From positions 32,001 to 96,000 of the forward strand of contig JAWXAQ010000027.1 of assembly GCA_034439575.1 (NCBI GenBank): 64,000 nucleotides of DNA. The letters run 5' to 3'. Below are positions 10,301 to 19,996 of the stretch, in pieces. The position numbers and the translations under genes were made by a program. The stretch's first letter is position 1. Every line of letters starts with the position of its first letter. Source of the stretch: Leptospira sp. Its GTDB lineage: Bacteria; Spirochaetota; Leptospiria; Leptospirales; Leptospiraceae. A model generated the notes under the pieces. The model ran no database searches and was not told where the DNA came from. It saw nothing but the letters and a program-made list of their open reading frames with translations.

Positions 10301-11064
10301 TGTTACTTCCTCGTATTATACCTGTTTTGTTGCTAAAAAATAGGGGACTTGTAAAGGGAGTTAGGTTTAAAGATCATCGGTATGTTGGCGATCCCATCAA
10401 TGCTGTACAAATTTTTAATACAAAAAAAGTTGATGAATTATTTATTTTAGATATTACTGCAACTGAAGAAAATAGAATTCCGGATTTAGAGTTAGTGCAG
10501 AGTATCTCTGATCAGTGTTTAATGCCATTTGCATTAGGTGGTGGTATTAAAACTTTAGACGATGCAAAGCGAGTATTAAATTCTGGGGCTGAAAAAGTAT
10601 CCCTCAATACGTATGCCCTTGAATCTAAAACGCTAATTGAAGAAATCGCTAAAGTTTTTGGAAGTCAAAGTGTAGTTGTATCCTTAGATATTAAAAAGAA
10701 TATTTTTGGAAATTATTGTGTATATTCAAGATGCGGTACTTCTTTAATATCGAAAGATTTAAATTTAATTCTTCGACAAATTGAAGACCAAGGGGCAGGA
10801 GAAGTTTTAATAAATAATATCGATACTGATGGAATGTGCGATGGGTATGATTTAAATTTACTTTCTAAAGTGACTAATTTAACCAAAATTCCAGTCATTG
10901 CATCCGGTGGAGCTTGGTTAGTCGATCATTTAAAAGTTGCATTGGAACAAACTAAAATATCTGCAGTAGCCGCAGGCAGTATGTTTGTATTTCATGGCCG
11001 AAGAAAAGCAGTCTTAATTAGCTATCCTTCAGATTCAGAACTAATATCGATACGTGGTGAATAA
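10297..11064 (+). CDS. hisF: HisF2/WbuZ-like acetamidino-modification cyclase-fold subunit
   Basis: RIIPVLLL (no catalytic Asp11), YVGDPINAV, GGGI, GAEKV, DG..GYD, AAGSMFVF. ATG at 10300 is the likely start. Confidence 0.88.
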   Translation: MMLLPRIIPVLLLKNRGLVKGVRFKDHRYVGDPINAVQIFNTKKVDELFILDITATEENRIPDLELVQSISDQCLMPFALGGGIKTLDDAKRVLNSGAEKVSLNTYALESKTLIEEIAKVFGSQSVVVSLDIKKNIFGNYCVYSRCGTSLISKDLNLILRQIEDQGAGEVLINNIDTDGMCDGYDLNLLSKVTNLTKIPVIASGGAWLVDHLKVALEQTKISAVAAGSMFVFHGRRKAVLISYPSDSELISIRGE

Positions 11065-13540
11065 AAATTATTTTATGAAAAAGTATTCTGATCTTGTTAT
11101 CATATTAATATTCTTTTTCATACATGTTTTGATTAAATACAATCTCTTGATATCATTTGATGGTCCAATTATCATTTATGATGAAATTTTTTATAAAGAG
11201 AATGCATATTATATTTTTAATCATTTAAAATACTATGATGTAATTTATCCTCCGTTATACTCAATATCTCTATTACCAGCTTTCATTCTTAAATCAGATT
11301 TTTATATAGGAATGAAATTTCTAAATATAGTTTATTCATCTTCAGTAATATTGTTAACATGGTTAATTTCCAAAAGATATTTATCTAGATTAAATAGTTT
11401 AATTGTTGCTATATTGGTAGGTCTTTTGCCATTTCAATATATTTTTCCGAAATTTATAATGAGCGAAAATGTATTTTATCCTCTTTTTTTGCTTTTAGGT
11501 TATTTAACTGTTACATCAAGAGATTCAAATAATTTATGGAATATAGCTTTTGCAGGAATCGTAATGGGTCTTTTGCTTTTAACTCGCTATTATGCAATTA
11601 TTCTATTACTTCCTACATGTTGTTTTTATTTTTTTGAGAATTTTAAATTAGATAAAAAAATAATTTTTCAAAATTTAACACGAACTTCCTTTTACTTATT
11701 CTTCGTACTTTTAATCAGTCTACCTTTCTATATTGGATTTGGTGCTTTTAGTTTACCTTTTGCGGAGAAAAAAATAAATCAAAATGAAATTTCACAAAGC
11801 GAAATTATATCTTTTAAAGAATCAATAATAAACGATTTTAATTTAGATAAAAATAAAGACTCCGAATTTGAAGAATTAATAGAAACAATTGGAAAAGACT
11901 TAAATTTTGAAAAGAAAGTTTTAAAAATAGCTTCAGAAATATCTTACAAAAAAATAAAAACTGATCTTGATGCGAATCAAATACTTTTGGAAGGAAATGA
12001 AGTCCTATCGCATAACCAAGAAATTCAAATATTCAATACTCGAATGAAAATAATTAGGTCATTGTATTTAGGGAAATTTTTTACCGAGACAAAGATTCAG
12101 CCATCAAATAATTTTCAATTTATTTTAGGTATCTTGGATGCTTACAAACGAATAAGTTTCATAACACTGCTTGTGAATATATTATATTATTTCTTATTAT
12201 CTATAAGTTTTCTTTCTATATATCTCATATCTCTTTTTGTTTTAATGCGTTATGAAAATAAAAGAAAATTTTACGAGTTAATCTTTATAAAATTTCTCAT
12301 AATTTCAATGATGATTCTTTCCCTGCTTTATTATACTAAAGAATCGATTTCAGAAACATATTTTATGGGTCGGTATGTTTTTTATATTTCACCATTTTTA
12401 TTACTCTTTTCCTTTCTTACCTTAGAGAAGTATAATAAACTCAGAGTAATTACTTTCATTTTTATAGGTTTATTTTCAACCCTCATCATCGCATTAATTT
12501 ACGGAGTATTTATCGCAAAGGAAGTCGTGCCGGTAGGAAAACATTTTATTGGTTATATGAATGCTCCAGATGCATATACATTGTTAAGTGGAGGAAGAAC
12601 AATATTTTTTGTATTTTTATTTGGAAATTTAATTTTATTAATGTCGTTAATTTCCAAGAGAAAATATGTAAGAAGTGTAGTAGCACTTTCGTTAATAGGT
12701 AGTATGAACATATATGGCTATGTTCAAGTTAAAGATTTTACTTATTTTTCCCCAGATTCTAGAATTTTACTTAGCAATTATCTAAAAGAAAATCAAAATA
12801 AAAAAATTCATATTTATAATGATTCCTATTATTCGAATGCCTTAATTTTGCATTTTTTGAAATTTAGAAATTTTAATAACTTCGTTTTCCATGAAAAATA
12901 TTCATCTCAAGAATTAAGTGTTAATGAAGGGGTTATTCTCAGTGACTCTAAACTTTTTTTAAATGATACGAATTTAATATCAACAGACAAATCTAATTAT
13001 TTGTATAGAACTCCTTTAACACCAATTAAAGTTATTTATTCGTTAGTTGATGAATTTAAGGAAGAAAATACAGATGGATATAATGATTTTTCTTCTCCTT
13101 GGGGGAAAACAATTATACCGATAGATAAAAAAAGTATATTTGCAAGCCCTGGGACGGCAATGAGATTTAAAGTAACCATACCAATTAATATGAATCCATA
13201 TCTTTTGATGCGGATTGGATTTCATCCTATCGCAAAGAATTGGAAAATTTCTGACGGGGCAGTCTTTTCAATTAATCTATATAGAGAAAAAATAAAATTG
13301 AATGTATTAGATATGGAAATGCTTCCTGATTTCGAAAATCAATCAGTGATTATGAATTTACAAAATTGTAAAGGAAAACAAATCACTTTAGAATTTGAAG
13401 CAAAGAATCGGCAAAACAAAAATTTGAATGGAGATTGGTTAGTATGGGAACAACCCCAAATTATTAATATTGATCATCAACCATTGATCAACAATGATTC
13501 GAAATTCATTGATATAAAAAATATTTGTAATATTCAATAA
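11054..13540 (+). CDS. Multi-TM GT-C fold glycosyltransferase (PMT/ArnT-like) with C-terminal soluble beta domain
   Basis: YDE acidic motif after TM1, YPPLYS, MSEN, many TM helices, GRY motif, soluble C-terminus. ATG at 11075 is an alternative start. Confidence 0.7.
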   Translation: MVNKNYFMKKYSDLVIILIFFFIHVLIKYNLLISFDGPIIIYDEIFYKENAYYIFNHLKYYDVIYPPLYSISLLPAFILKSDFYIGMKFLNIVYSSSVILLTWLISKRYLSRLNSLIVAILVGLLPFQYIFPKFIMSENVFYPLFLLLGYLTVTSRDSNNLWNIAFAGIVMGLLLLTRYYAIILLLPTCCFYFFENFKLDKKIIFQNLTRTSFYLFFVLLISLPFYIGFGAFSLPFAEKKINQNEISQSEIISFKESIINDFNLDKNKDSEFEELIETIGKDLNFEKKVLKIASEISYKKIKTDLDANQILLEGNEVLSHNQEIQIFNTRMKIIRSLYLGKFFTETKIQPSNNFQFILGILDAYKRISFITLLVNILYYFLLSISFLSIYLISLFVLMRYENKRKFYELIFIKFLIISMMILSLLYYTKESISETYFMGRYVFYISPFLLLFSFLTLEKYNKLRVITFIFIGLFSTLIIALIYGVFIAKEVVPVGKHFIGYMNAPDAYTLLSGGRTIFFVFLFGNLILLMSLISKRKYVRSVVALSLIGSMNIYGYVQVKDFTYFSPDSRILLSNYLKENQNKKIHIYNDSYYSNALILHFLKFRNFNNFVFHEKYSSQELSVNEGVILSDSKLFLNDTNLISTDKSNYLYRTPLTPIKVIYSLVDEFKEENTDGYNDFSSPWGKTIIPIDKKSIFASPGTAMRFKVTIPINMNPYLLMRIGFHPIAKNWKISDGAVFSINLYREKIKLNVLDMEMLPDFENQSVIMNLQNCKGKQITLEFEAKNRQNKNLNGDWLVWEQPQIINIDHQPLINNDSKFIDIKNICNIQ

Positions 13541-13550
13541 GTTTAATATT

Positions 13551-15014
13551 ATGTATCCACATGAATATATTCCAATATTAAATGAAATTGAAAAAAAATA
13601 TAAGGTGTCAGAATGGAAATCACATGGTTTTCAAATATGGCCTGTGATACGTGTCGGTCTTGGATTTTCTTTAGATTCAATTTCTAAAAGTGTAATTAAA
13701 GATTCGATGTTTCAACATATCACTAATTTAATTAGAGATACAATTAATTTTATTTGGTGGAATGTTTTTGATTTTTCCAAAAACGCTAAACCTCAAAGTA
13801 GCAACTTTGTTTTTTTTACGTTAACTGAGGAAAGAAGTACATTATACAAAAATAAATGGTTCAATAATTATTGTGATCCTATTAATGATGCTATGTCTAA
13901 GATAGGTAAGAATAGTTTTTATTTAGAATATTCATCGCGTGGAATCTATAAGACACCCAGATACTCAAAATCTTTCTTTATACAACTATTCTTAAATTTT
14001 AGATCCATATATACTGTATTGTTTGGAGAAAAAATAAATTATGATAGTTTCCCTGATTTTAATAAAGTAGAAGATTTGCTTTTGAAAAAAACAGATATCG
14101 AGCCTAAATCATTAAGAAAAATATTTAGTAGAATCTCTGTTATACGATCTTGGGCAAATTTTCACAAACAGATATTAAAGACCATAAATCCACAAATTGG
14201 ATTTGTCGTCAGTTTTTATGGGCCTTATAGTATGTCCTTTTTATTGGCTTGTCATGAGCTAGGAATACCTACAGTAGACTTACAACATGGAGTGCAAGGT
14301 AATTCCAATGTTGCTTATTCGGAATGGTTCAATATTCCTAAATCTGGTTATGAAACTCTTCCAAACGTTTTTTGGGTATGGAATAAAGAAGATTTTGACG
14401 AAAAACAAAAATGGATTAGATCCAATAAAAAACATTTAGCATTTCTTGGTGGAAACTTATTGTTGGAAGAATTTCTGAATTCTGATAGTGAAATTTCCAA
14501 ATTCTACGCATCAAAGATTCTAAATATAACCAATCAAAATAAAAAAATTGCACTTATCACTTTACAGCCATCCAACGGTTTAAAGAATTTCAGAGAGTTA
14601 ATTAAAGAGTCACCAAAAGAAATTTACTATTTTATCCGACTTCATCCAATGATGCATTCTCAATATTCAACAATTGAGCGAGAGTTAAATGAATTAAAAA
14701 CTGATAATTGGAATGTTTATGATGCAACAAATCTTCCCTTATATGCTATTTTACAAGCTATTGATGTTCACATAACAGAAGCTTCTGCAGTAGTTATGGA
14801 AGCAGAAGTTTTCGGTGTTCAATCAATTTTAATTCAAAAAGAATCCGAATTTTTCTTTTTATCCCAGATAAAATCTCGATTCGCTGTTGTGAGAGAAAAA
14901 ACTTCGGAAATTATAACTGAAATTCTTCACTCAAAAAGAAGATCTAAGAAATTACAAAAACCAATGCCGATAGCAGATAAGATTCGTTTGTTGTCAGATG
15001 AAATAAAAGTTTAG
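13551..15014 (+). CDS. Hypothetical protein, candidate GT-B nonulosonate/CMP-sugar transferase
   Basis: DLQHGVQ, IRLHP and ITEASAVVMEA..FG motifs; lies immediately upstream of the leg genes. Confidence 0.5.
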   Translation: MYPHEYIPILNEIEKKYKVSEWKSHGFQIWPVIRVGLGFSLDSISKSVIKDSMFQHITNLIRDTINFIWWNVFDFSKNAKPQSSNFVFFTLTEERSTLYKNKWFNNYCDPINDAMSKIGKNSFYLEYSSRGIYKTPRYSKSFFIQLFLNFRSIYTVLFGEKINYDSFPDFNKVEDLLLKKTDIEPKSLRKIFSRISVIRSWANFHKQILKTINPQIGFVVSFYGPYSMSFLLACHELGIPTVDLQHGVQGNSNVAYSEWFNIPKSGYETLPNVFWVWNKEDFDEKQKWIRSNKKHLAFLGGNLLLEEFLNSDSEISKFYASKILNITNQNKKIALITLQPSNGLKNFRELIKESPKEIYYFIRLHPMMHSQYSTIERELNELKTDNWNVYDATNLPLYAILQAIDVHITEASAVVMEAEVFGVQSILIQKESEFFFLSQIKSRFAVVREKTSEIITEILHSKRRSKKLQKPMPIADKIRLLSDEIKV

Positions 15015-15031
15015 AATAGTATTTACTTCTA

Positions 15032-15060
15032 TTTAAAATTTCCAAGTCACCAATTATAAT
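15032..15060 (+). promoter_or_regulatory. Putative sigma70-type internal promoter upstream of legB
   Basis: TTTAAA (15032-15037), 17-nt spacer, TATAAT (15055-15060) within an 82-bp intergenic gap. The AT-rich background weakens the call. Confidence 0.35.
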
Positions 15061-15096
15061 GAGTATAAAATCAAATTTCCTTAAGGAATTAAATAA

Positions 15097-16092
15097 ATGA
15101 AAGTATTAGTTACTGGAGCTGATGGATTTATTGGCTCACATTTGGTAGAAACGTTGGTAAAGGAAGGATACGAAGTTAAAGCTTTTGTGCTTTATAATTC
15201 TTTAAATTCTTGGGGTTGGCTTGATCAATCGCCAAAAGAAATTATAGATAATGTAGAAATATTTACTGGAGACATTCGTGATCCATATGGCGTAAAGGAA
15301 GCGATGAAAGGATGTGATGCAGTTTTACATTTGGCTGCCTTAATTGCTATACCTTATTCTTATCATTCACCTGAGACCTACGTTGATACAAATATAAAAG
15401 GTACTCTCAATGTGATGCAGGCCGCCAGAGAACTAGGGGTTAAAAAAGTTATACATACCTCTACCAGCGAAGTTTACGGTACTGCAAAATTTGTTCCTAT
15501 TTCTGAAGATCACCCATTACAAGGTCAATCTCCTTATTCAGCAACCAAGATTGGGGCAGATCAACTAGCAATGTCATTTTATTTATCGTTTCAGACTCCA
15601 GTAGCAATCGTTAGACCATTTAACACCTATGGACCTCGGCAATCAGCGCGAGCTGTTATCCCTACGATTATTACTCAGCTGGCATCAAATAAAAAGAAAT
15701 TAAAGTTAGGTGCTATTCATCCTACTAGAGATTTTAATTTTGTGAAAGATACCGTTTCCGGTTTCATAGCTGCATTAAAGTCTGATTTATCTATTGGCGA
15801 AATTATAAATATTGGAAGCGGATTTGAAATCACAATTAAAGATTTAGCAGAATTGATTTCAAATATAATGGGTAAAAACTTTGAATTTGAGACAGATAGT
15901 ATTCGAATGCGCCCAGAAAAAAGCGAAGTAGAGCGATTATTGGCTGATAATTCAAAAGCAAAAAAGATACTAAATTGGAATCCTGAATATGGATCATTGG
16001 AAGGTCTAAGAATAGGATTATCCGAAACAATTGAGTGGTTTACTAATTCTGAAAATTTAAAAAAATATAAAGTAGATATTTATAATATATGA
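15097..16092 (+). CDS. legB: NDP-GlcNAc 4,6-dehydratase (LegB-like)
   Basis: VTGADGFIGSHL, YNSLNSWGWLD, LAALIAIPYSY, TSTSEVYG, YSATK, RPFNTYGPRQS. Confidence 0.88.
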   Translation: MKVLVTGADGFIGSHLVETLVKEGYEVKAFVLYNSLNSWGWLDQSPKEIIDNVEIFTGDIRDPYGVKEAMKGCDAVLHLAALIAIPYSYHSPETYVDTNIKGTLNVMQAARELGVKKVIHTSTSEVYGTAKFVPISEDHPLQGQSPYSATKIGADQLAMSFYLSFQTPVAIVRPFNTYGPRQSARAVIPTIITQLASNKKKLKLGAIHPTRDFNFVKDTVSGFIAALKSDLSIGEIINIGSGFEITIKDLAELISNIMGKNFEFETDSIRMRPEKSEVERLLADNSKAKKILNWNPEYGSLEGLRIGLSETIEWFTNSENLKKYKVDIYNI

Positions 16093-17258
16093 ATTTAGAT
16101 TCAATCAGACTTGCCATAAAGTCATCATGGGACATTCAAAGTGAAAAATTTGTTTCTCTTCATGAGCCTCAATTTCAAGGGAATGATTGGAATTATGTAA
16201 AAGATTGTCTCGATAGTGGTTGGGTTTCGTCTGTCGGTAAGTATGTCGATTTATTTGAAGAAAAGATTAAGGAATTCACTGGGTCGAAATATGCTATTGC
16301 CACTGTGAATGGAACGGCCGCCCTTCACATAACGTTAAGATTAAGCGACGTTAAGCAAGATGATGAAGTCCTGTTACCTGCGCTTACTTTTGTAGCAACT
16401 GCCAACGCCGTATCTTATTGTCATGCCACGCCTCATTTTATAGATGTGGAAAAGGAAACCTTAGGCATCGATCCCAGCAAATTAGAATTATATTTGCGTG
16501 AAATAGTAATAAAGAAAAATGAATATTCATATAATAAGAATACAAATAAAAGAATTAGTGCATTAATTGGTATGCATACTTTTGGTCATTCTTTTGATAT
16601 TGATCGAGTAAAGGATATTTGTGATTATTATAATATAGCATTTATAGAGGATGCTGCAGAATCATTAGGATCCTTTTATAAAGGAAAACATACAGGCACT
16701 TATTCAAAGCTTGCGGCTATTAGCTTTAATGGAAATAAGATAGTAACAACTGGAGGCGGAGGTGCAATATTAACCCAAGATGAAAATATCGCAAAATTGG
16801 CAAAGCATATAACAACAACGGCCAAAGTCCCTCACAAATGGGAATTTTTTCATGATATGATCGGATACAATTATAGAATGCCAAATTTAAATGCTGCACT
16901 TGGTTGTGCACAATTGGAAGTATTACCAAAATATTTGAAATTTAAACGTAAATTGGCAAATAATTATATAATAAATTTTAAAAATGTTGAAGGTGTTAAA
17001 ATATTCTCGGAACCTAAGTTTTCTATTTCTAATTATTGGTTAAATGTTATGTTGGTGGAAAATTCCACTTTCGAGAAACGTGATATGGTTCTGGAAAATC
17101 TAAACCATAACAATATTATGGCAAGGCCAGCATGGAATTTGCTAAATAATTTACCTATGTTTTCCCATTCCCCTAAGATGGATCTATCTGAATCAATCGA
17201 AATAGAAAAATCACTTATAAATATTCCTAGCAGTTCCAATTTAATCATTAACGAATGA
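16089..17258 (+). CDS. legC: LegC family aminotransferase
   Basis: SLHEP, GWVSSVGKYVD, NGTAALH, EDAAESLGS, SFNGNKIVTTGGGG, GYNYRMPNLNAALG. Confidence 0.9.
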   Translation: MNLDSIRLAIKSSWDIQSEKFVSLHEPQFQGNDWNYVKDCLDSGWVSSVGKYVDLFEEKIKEFTGSKYAIATVNGTAALHITLRLSDVKQDDEVLLPALTFVATANAVSYCHATPHFIDVEKETLGIDPSKLELYLREIVIKKNEYSYNKNTNKRISALIGMHTFGHSFDIDRVKDICDYYNIAFIEDAAESLGSFYKGKHTGTYSKLAAISFNGNKIVTTGGGGAILTQDENIAKLAKHITTTAKVPHKWEFFHDMIGYNYRMPNLNAALGCAQLEVLPKYLKFKRKLANNYIINFKNVEGVKIFSEPKFSISNYWLNVMLVENSTFEKRDMVLENLNHNNIMARPAWNLLNNLPMFSHSPKMDLSESIEIEKSLINIPSSSNLIINE

Positions 17259-17902
17259 ATGAAATTTTTTTAATTGGATCTGGTGGTCATGCAAAAGTTG
17301 TTTTGGATGCGATGATTGCTGCAAATTGTAAACCTCACGGTATCATAGACAATGATCCAGATAAATTAGAAAGTTTACTTTTAGGAGTTACGGTAATAGG
17401 GGATGATAACATTTTTTTTAATCGTTTTTCGCCTAATGATGCAAAGGTCGTTGTTGGAATCGGTTCAGTAAGGTCTACCAAAATTAGAAACCAGGTGTAT
17501 CAACTATATAACCAAAGAGGTTACAAATTTTTAAACGTAATTCATCCTTATGCTAAAATATCGCAATATTGCCAGTTACAAAATTCCATTCAAATATTGG
17601 CTAATGTTACAGTTAATGCGGGTTCGGTGATAGGCAATAATTCTATTTTAAATACTGGTTCTACAATTGATCATGATTGTGTGATTGGAAATTCAGTTCA
17701 TATTGCTCCAGGAGTTACTTTGAGCGGAAATGTTAGAATCGGAGATGACACACATATTGGTACTGGTGCCATAGTGATTCAAAATATTTCAATTGGAAAA
17801 AACTGTTTAATTGGTGCAGGTTCTGTTGTTTTAAACAACGTTCCTGATAATTCTGTAGTCGTCGGTTGTCCAGCAAGAGTAATAAAGAAAAATGAAATTT
17901 GA
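17255..17902 (+). CDS. neuD: NeuD/PglD-type sugar acetyltransferase (hexapeptide repeats)
   Basis: GSGGHAKV, IHP, IDHDC..G..VHIAPG, GCPA; left-handed beta-helix repeats. Confidence 0.88.
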   Translation: MNEIFLIGSGGHAKVVLDAMIAANCKPHGIIDNDPDKLESLLLGVTVIGDDNIFFNRFSPNDAKVVVGIGSVRSTKIRNQVYQLYNQRGYKFLNVIHPYAKISQYCQLQNSIQILANVTVNAGSVIGNNSILNTGSTIDHDCVIGNSVHIAPGVTLSGNVRIGDDTHIGTGAIVIQNISIGKNCLIGAGSVVLNNVPDNSVVVGCPARVIKKNEI

Positions 17903-18902
17903 TAAAGTATTAATTATTGCCGAAGCAGGCGTAAATCATAATGGAGATTTAAATTTAGCAAAATCTATGATAGATATTGCCGCTGAAGCTGGTGCTGATG
18001 TCGTAAAATTTCAAACCTTTAAGGCAGAAAATATAGTAACAAAATCTGCGTTAAAGGCAGAATATCAAATTAAGAATACTGGTTCAGATGACTCCCAATT
18101 TGCAATGCTTAAAAACTTAGAGATTTCATTTGAAGATCATAAAGTTTTAATTGAACATTGTAAACTTAGAAATATAAAATTTTTATCCACAGGTTTTGAT
18201 TTAGAAAGTTTGAATTTTTTAAATACTTTAAACTTTCCTTTCTTTAAGATTCCATCGGGTGAAATTACAAATTATCCGTATCTTGAAAAAATTTCTGAAT
18301 TCAACAAACCGGTTATTCTTTCTACAGGAATGTCGAATATGGAAGAAATTCATTCCGCCATAGAAGTGCTTATATCAAAGGGACTTAAAAAAGCAGACCT
18401 AGTTGTTCTTCATTGCAACACCGATTATCCTACTCCTTTTTCCGATGTAAACTTGCGAGCTATGAAAACGATTGCAGAAAAGTTTTCAGTCAAAATTGGA
18501 TATTCAGATCATACTCCAGGTATAGAAATATCATTAGCTGCTGTGGCGCTTGGAGCCGTTGTCATCGAAAAACATTTTACATTAGATAAGGAAATGACTG
18601 GTCCAGATCATAAAGCTTCCTTAGATCCAAATGAATTGAAGTCATTGGTAAAAGGCATACGGAATATTGAATCTGCCTTAGGTAGCTCGATAAAACAGGC
18701 TTCTCAATCAGAAATGAAAAATATTCCTATTGTTCGTAAAAGTATAGTGGCAGCTAAAAATATAAAAAAGGGTGAAAAGTTTACCGAAACCAACCTAACA
18801 ACAAAGAGACCTGCATCCGGAATTAATCCTATGATGTGGCCTGAAGTGATCGGACAGATCTCACTTCGGGATTATGAAGTTGATGATTTTATCGAATTAT
18901 AA
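17892..18902 (+). CDS. neuB: Nonulosonic acid synthase (NeuB/LegI)
   Basis: IIAEAGVNHNG, KFQTF, KIPSGEITN, LSTGM, GYSDHT, IEKHFTLD, GPDHKASL, C-terminal SAF domain. Confidence 0.95.
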   Translation: MKFDKVLIIAEAGVNHNGDLNLAKSMIDIAAEAGADVVKFQTFKAENIVTKSALKAEYQIKNTGSDDSQFAMLKNLEISFEDHKVLIEHCKLRNIKFLSTGFDLESLNFLNTLNFPFFKIPSGEITNYPYLEKISEFNKPVILSTGMSNMEEIHSAIEVLISKGLKKADLVVLHCNTDYPTPFSDVNLRAMKTIAEKFSVKIGYSDHTPGIEISLAAVALGAVVIEKHFTLDKEMTGPDHKASLDPNELKSLVKGIRNIESALGSSIKQASQSEMKNIPIVRKSIVAAKNIKKGEKFTETNLTTKRPASGINPMMWPEVIGQISLRDYEVDDFIEL

Positions 18903-18922
18903 TAGTTAAGAAATATTAAACA

Positions 18923-19996
18923 ATGAATCAAAAAGATATCCTTCGTTCCATCATAAGTCCTTCGGATACAATCAAGCAAGCAATCAAGCAGCTTAATGAA
19001 AATAGTTTGCAAATTCTGTTAGTTGCAGATTCAGATCATAGACTTCTTGGAACTGTCACTGATGGTGATATTCGAAGAGAATTGGAAAAAAATTGGGATC
19101 TAAATCAATCAGTAGAATTGATAATGAATCAATCACCGAGATTTTTATATGAGTCTGAACGTGAAAGTGCTCATGATATAATGATCAAAGAAGGAATTCG
19201 ACATATTCCCATTTTGAATTTTTATAAAAAAATTCTAGATTTAGTTTTGTTTGTAAATCTTGAAAATGTCAAGAAACAAGAGTTATTCTCACAGAAGAAG
19301 GAAAAAGTCTTTATACTTGCTGGTGGTAAAGGTACAAGACTCAAACCATTTACAAATATCATTCCAAAACCATTGATACCCTTAGGTGAAACTCCCATCG
19401 TTGAAATAATTATGGATCGATTTCAATACTTTGGATTCAATCAGTTTATATTATCAATCAATTTCAAAGCGGAAATGATTCGATCATATTTTGTCGATAA
19501 TCCGAAAAACTTCCAAATTGATTATGTAAAAGAAGAGGAATTTTTAGGAACAGCAGGCTCTCTTTATTTTTTAAAAAATAATATAAAGGAAACTTTGATT
19601 ATATCAAATTGTGATGTTATATTAGATATCAATTTTGATAACTTTTTTAAATACCACCAAGAATGTGAAAATGATATAACAGTTGTTGGGGTGATTCGTC
19701 ATGTTAAAATTCCATACGGTGTTATGGAAATTAGTGATCGGATACTCCAATCCATTAAAGAAAAACCTGAGTACGATATTATAGTTAATGCAGGTATTTA
19801 TGCTGTCGAGTATGGCATTCTTGATCTTATAGAAGATAAAAAATATTTAGATATGCCTGATTTATTGCAAATGGCAAAAGCTAAAGGCAAAAAAGTCGGA
19901 GTATATCTCGTATCTGCAGAAATGATTGATGTTGGCCATTGGGATGAATACAAACTTGCTGAAGAAAAGGCAAGGCAGTTAGGTTTTATTCTATGA
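18923..19996 (+). CDS. CBS-domain nucleotidyltransferase (LegX/PtmE-like)
   Basis: N-terminal CBS pair (GTVTDGDIRR); LAGGKGTRLKP.T..IPKPL; LGTAGSL; DVG. Confidence 0.9.
   Translation: MNQKDILRSIISPSDTIKQAIKQLNENSLQILLVADSDHRLLGTVTDGDIRRELEKNWDLNQSVELIMNQSPRFLYESERESAHDIMIKEGIRHIPILNFYKKILDLVLFVNLENVKKQELFSQKKEKVFILAGGKGTRLKPFTNIIPKPLIPLGETPIVEIIMDRFQYFGFNQFILSINFKAEMIRSYFVDNPKNFQIDYVKEEEFLGTAGSLYFLKNNIKETLIISNCDVILDINFDNFFKYHQECENDITVVGVIRHVKIPYGVMEISDRILQSIKEKPEYDIIVNAGIYAVEYGILDLIEDKKYLDMPDLLQMAKAKGKKVGVYLVSAEMIDVGHWDEYKLAEEKARQLGFIL

Noticed and set aside
9686-11064. hisH/hisF as histidine biosynthesis genes
   Set aside because: No other his genes are present; both pairs flank N-acetyl sugar amidotransferases, and one HisF lacks the catalytic Asp.
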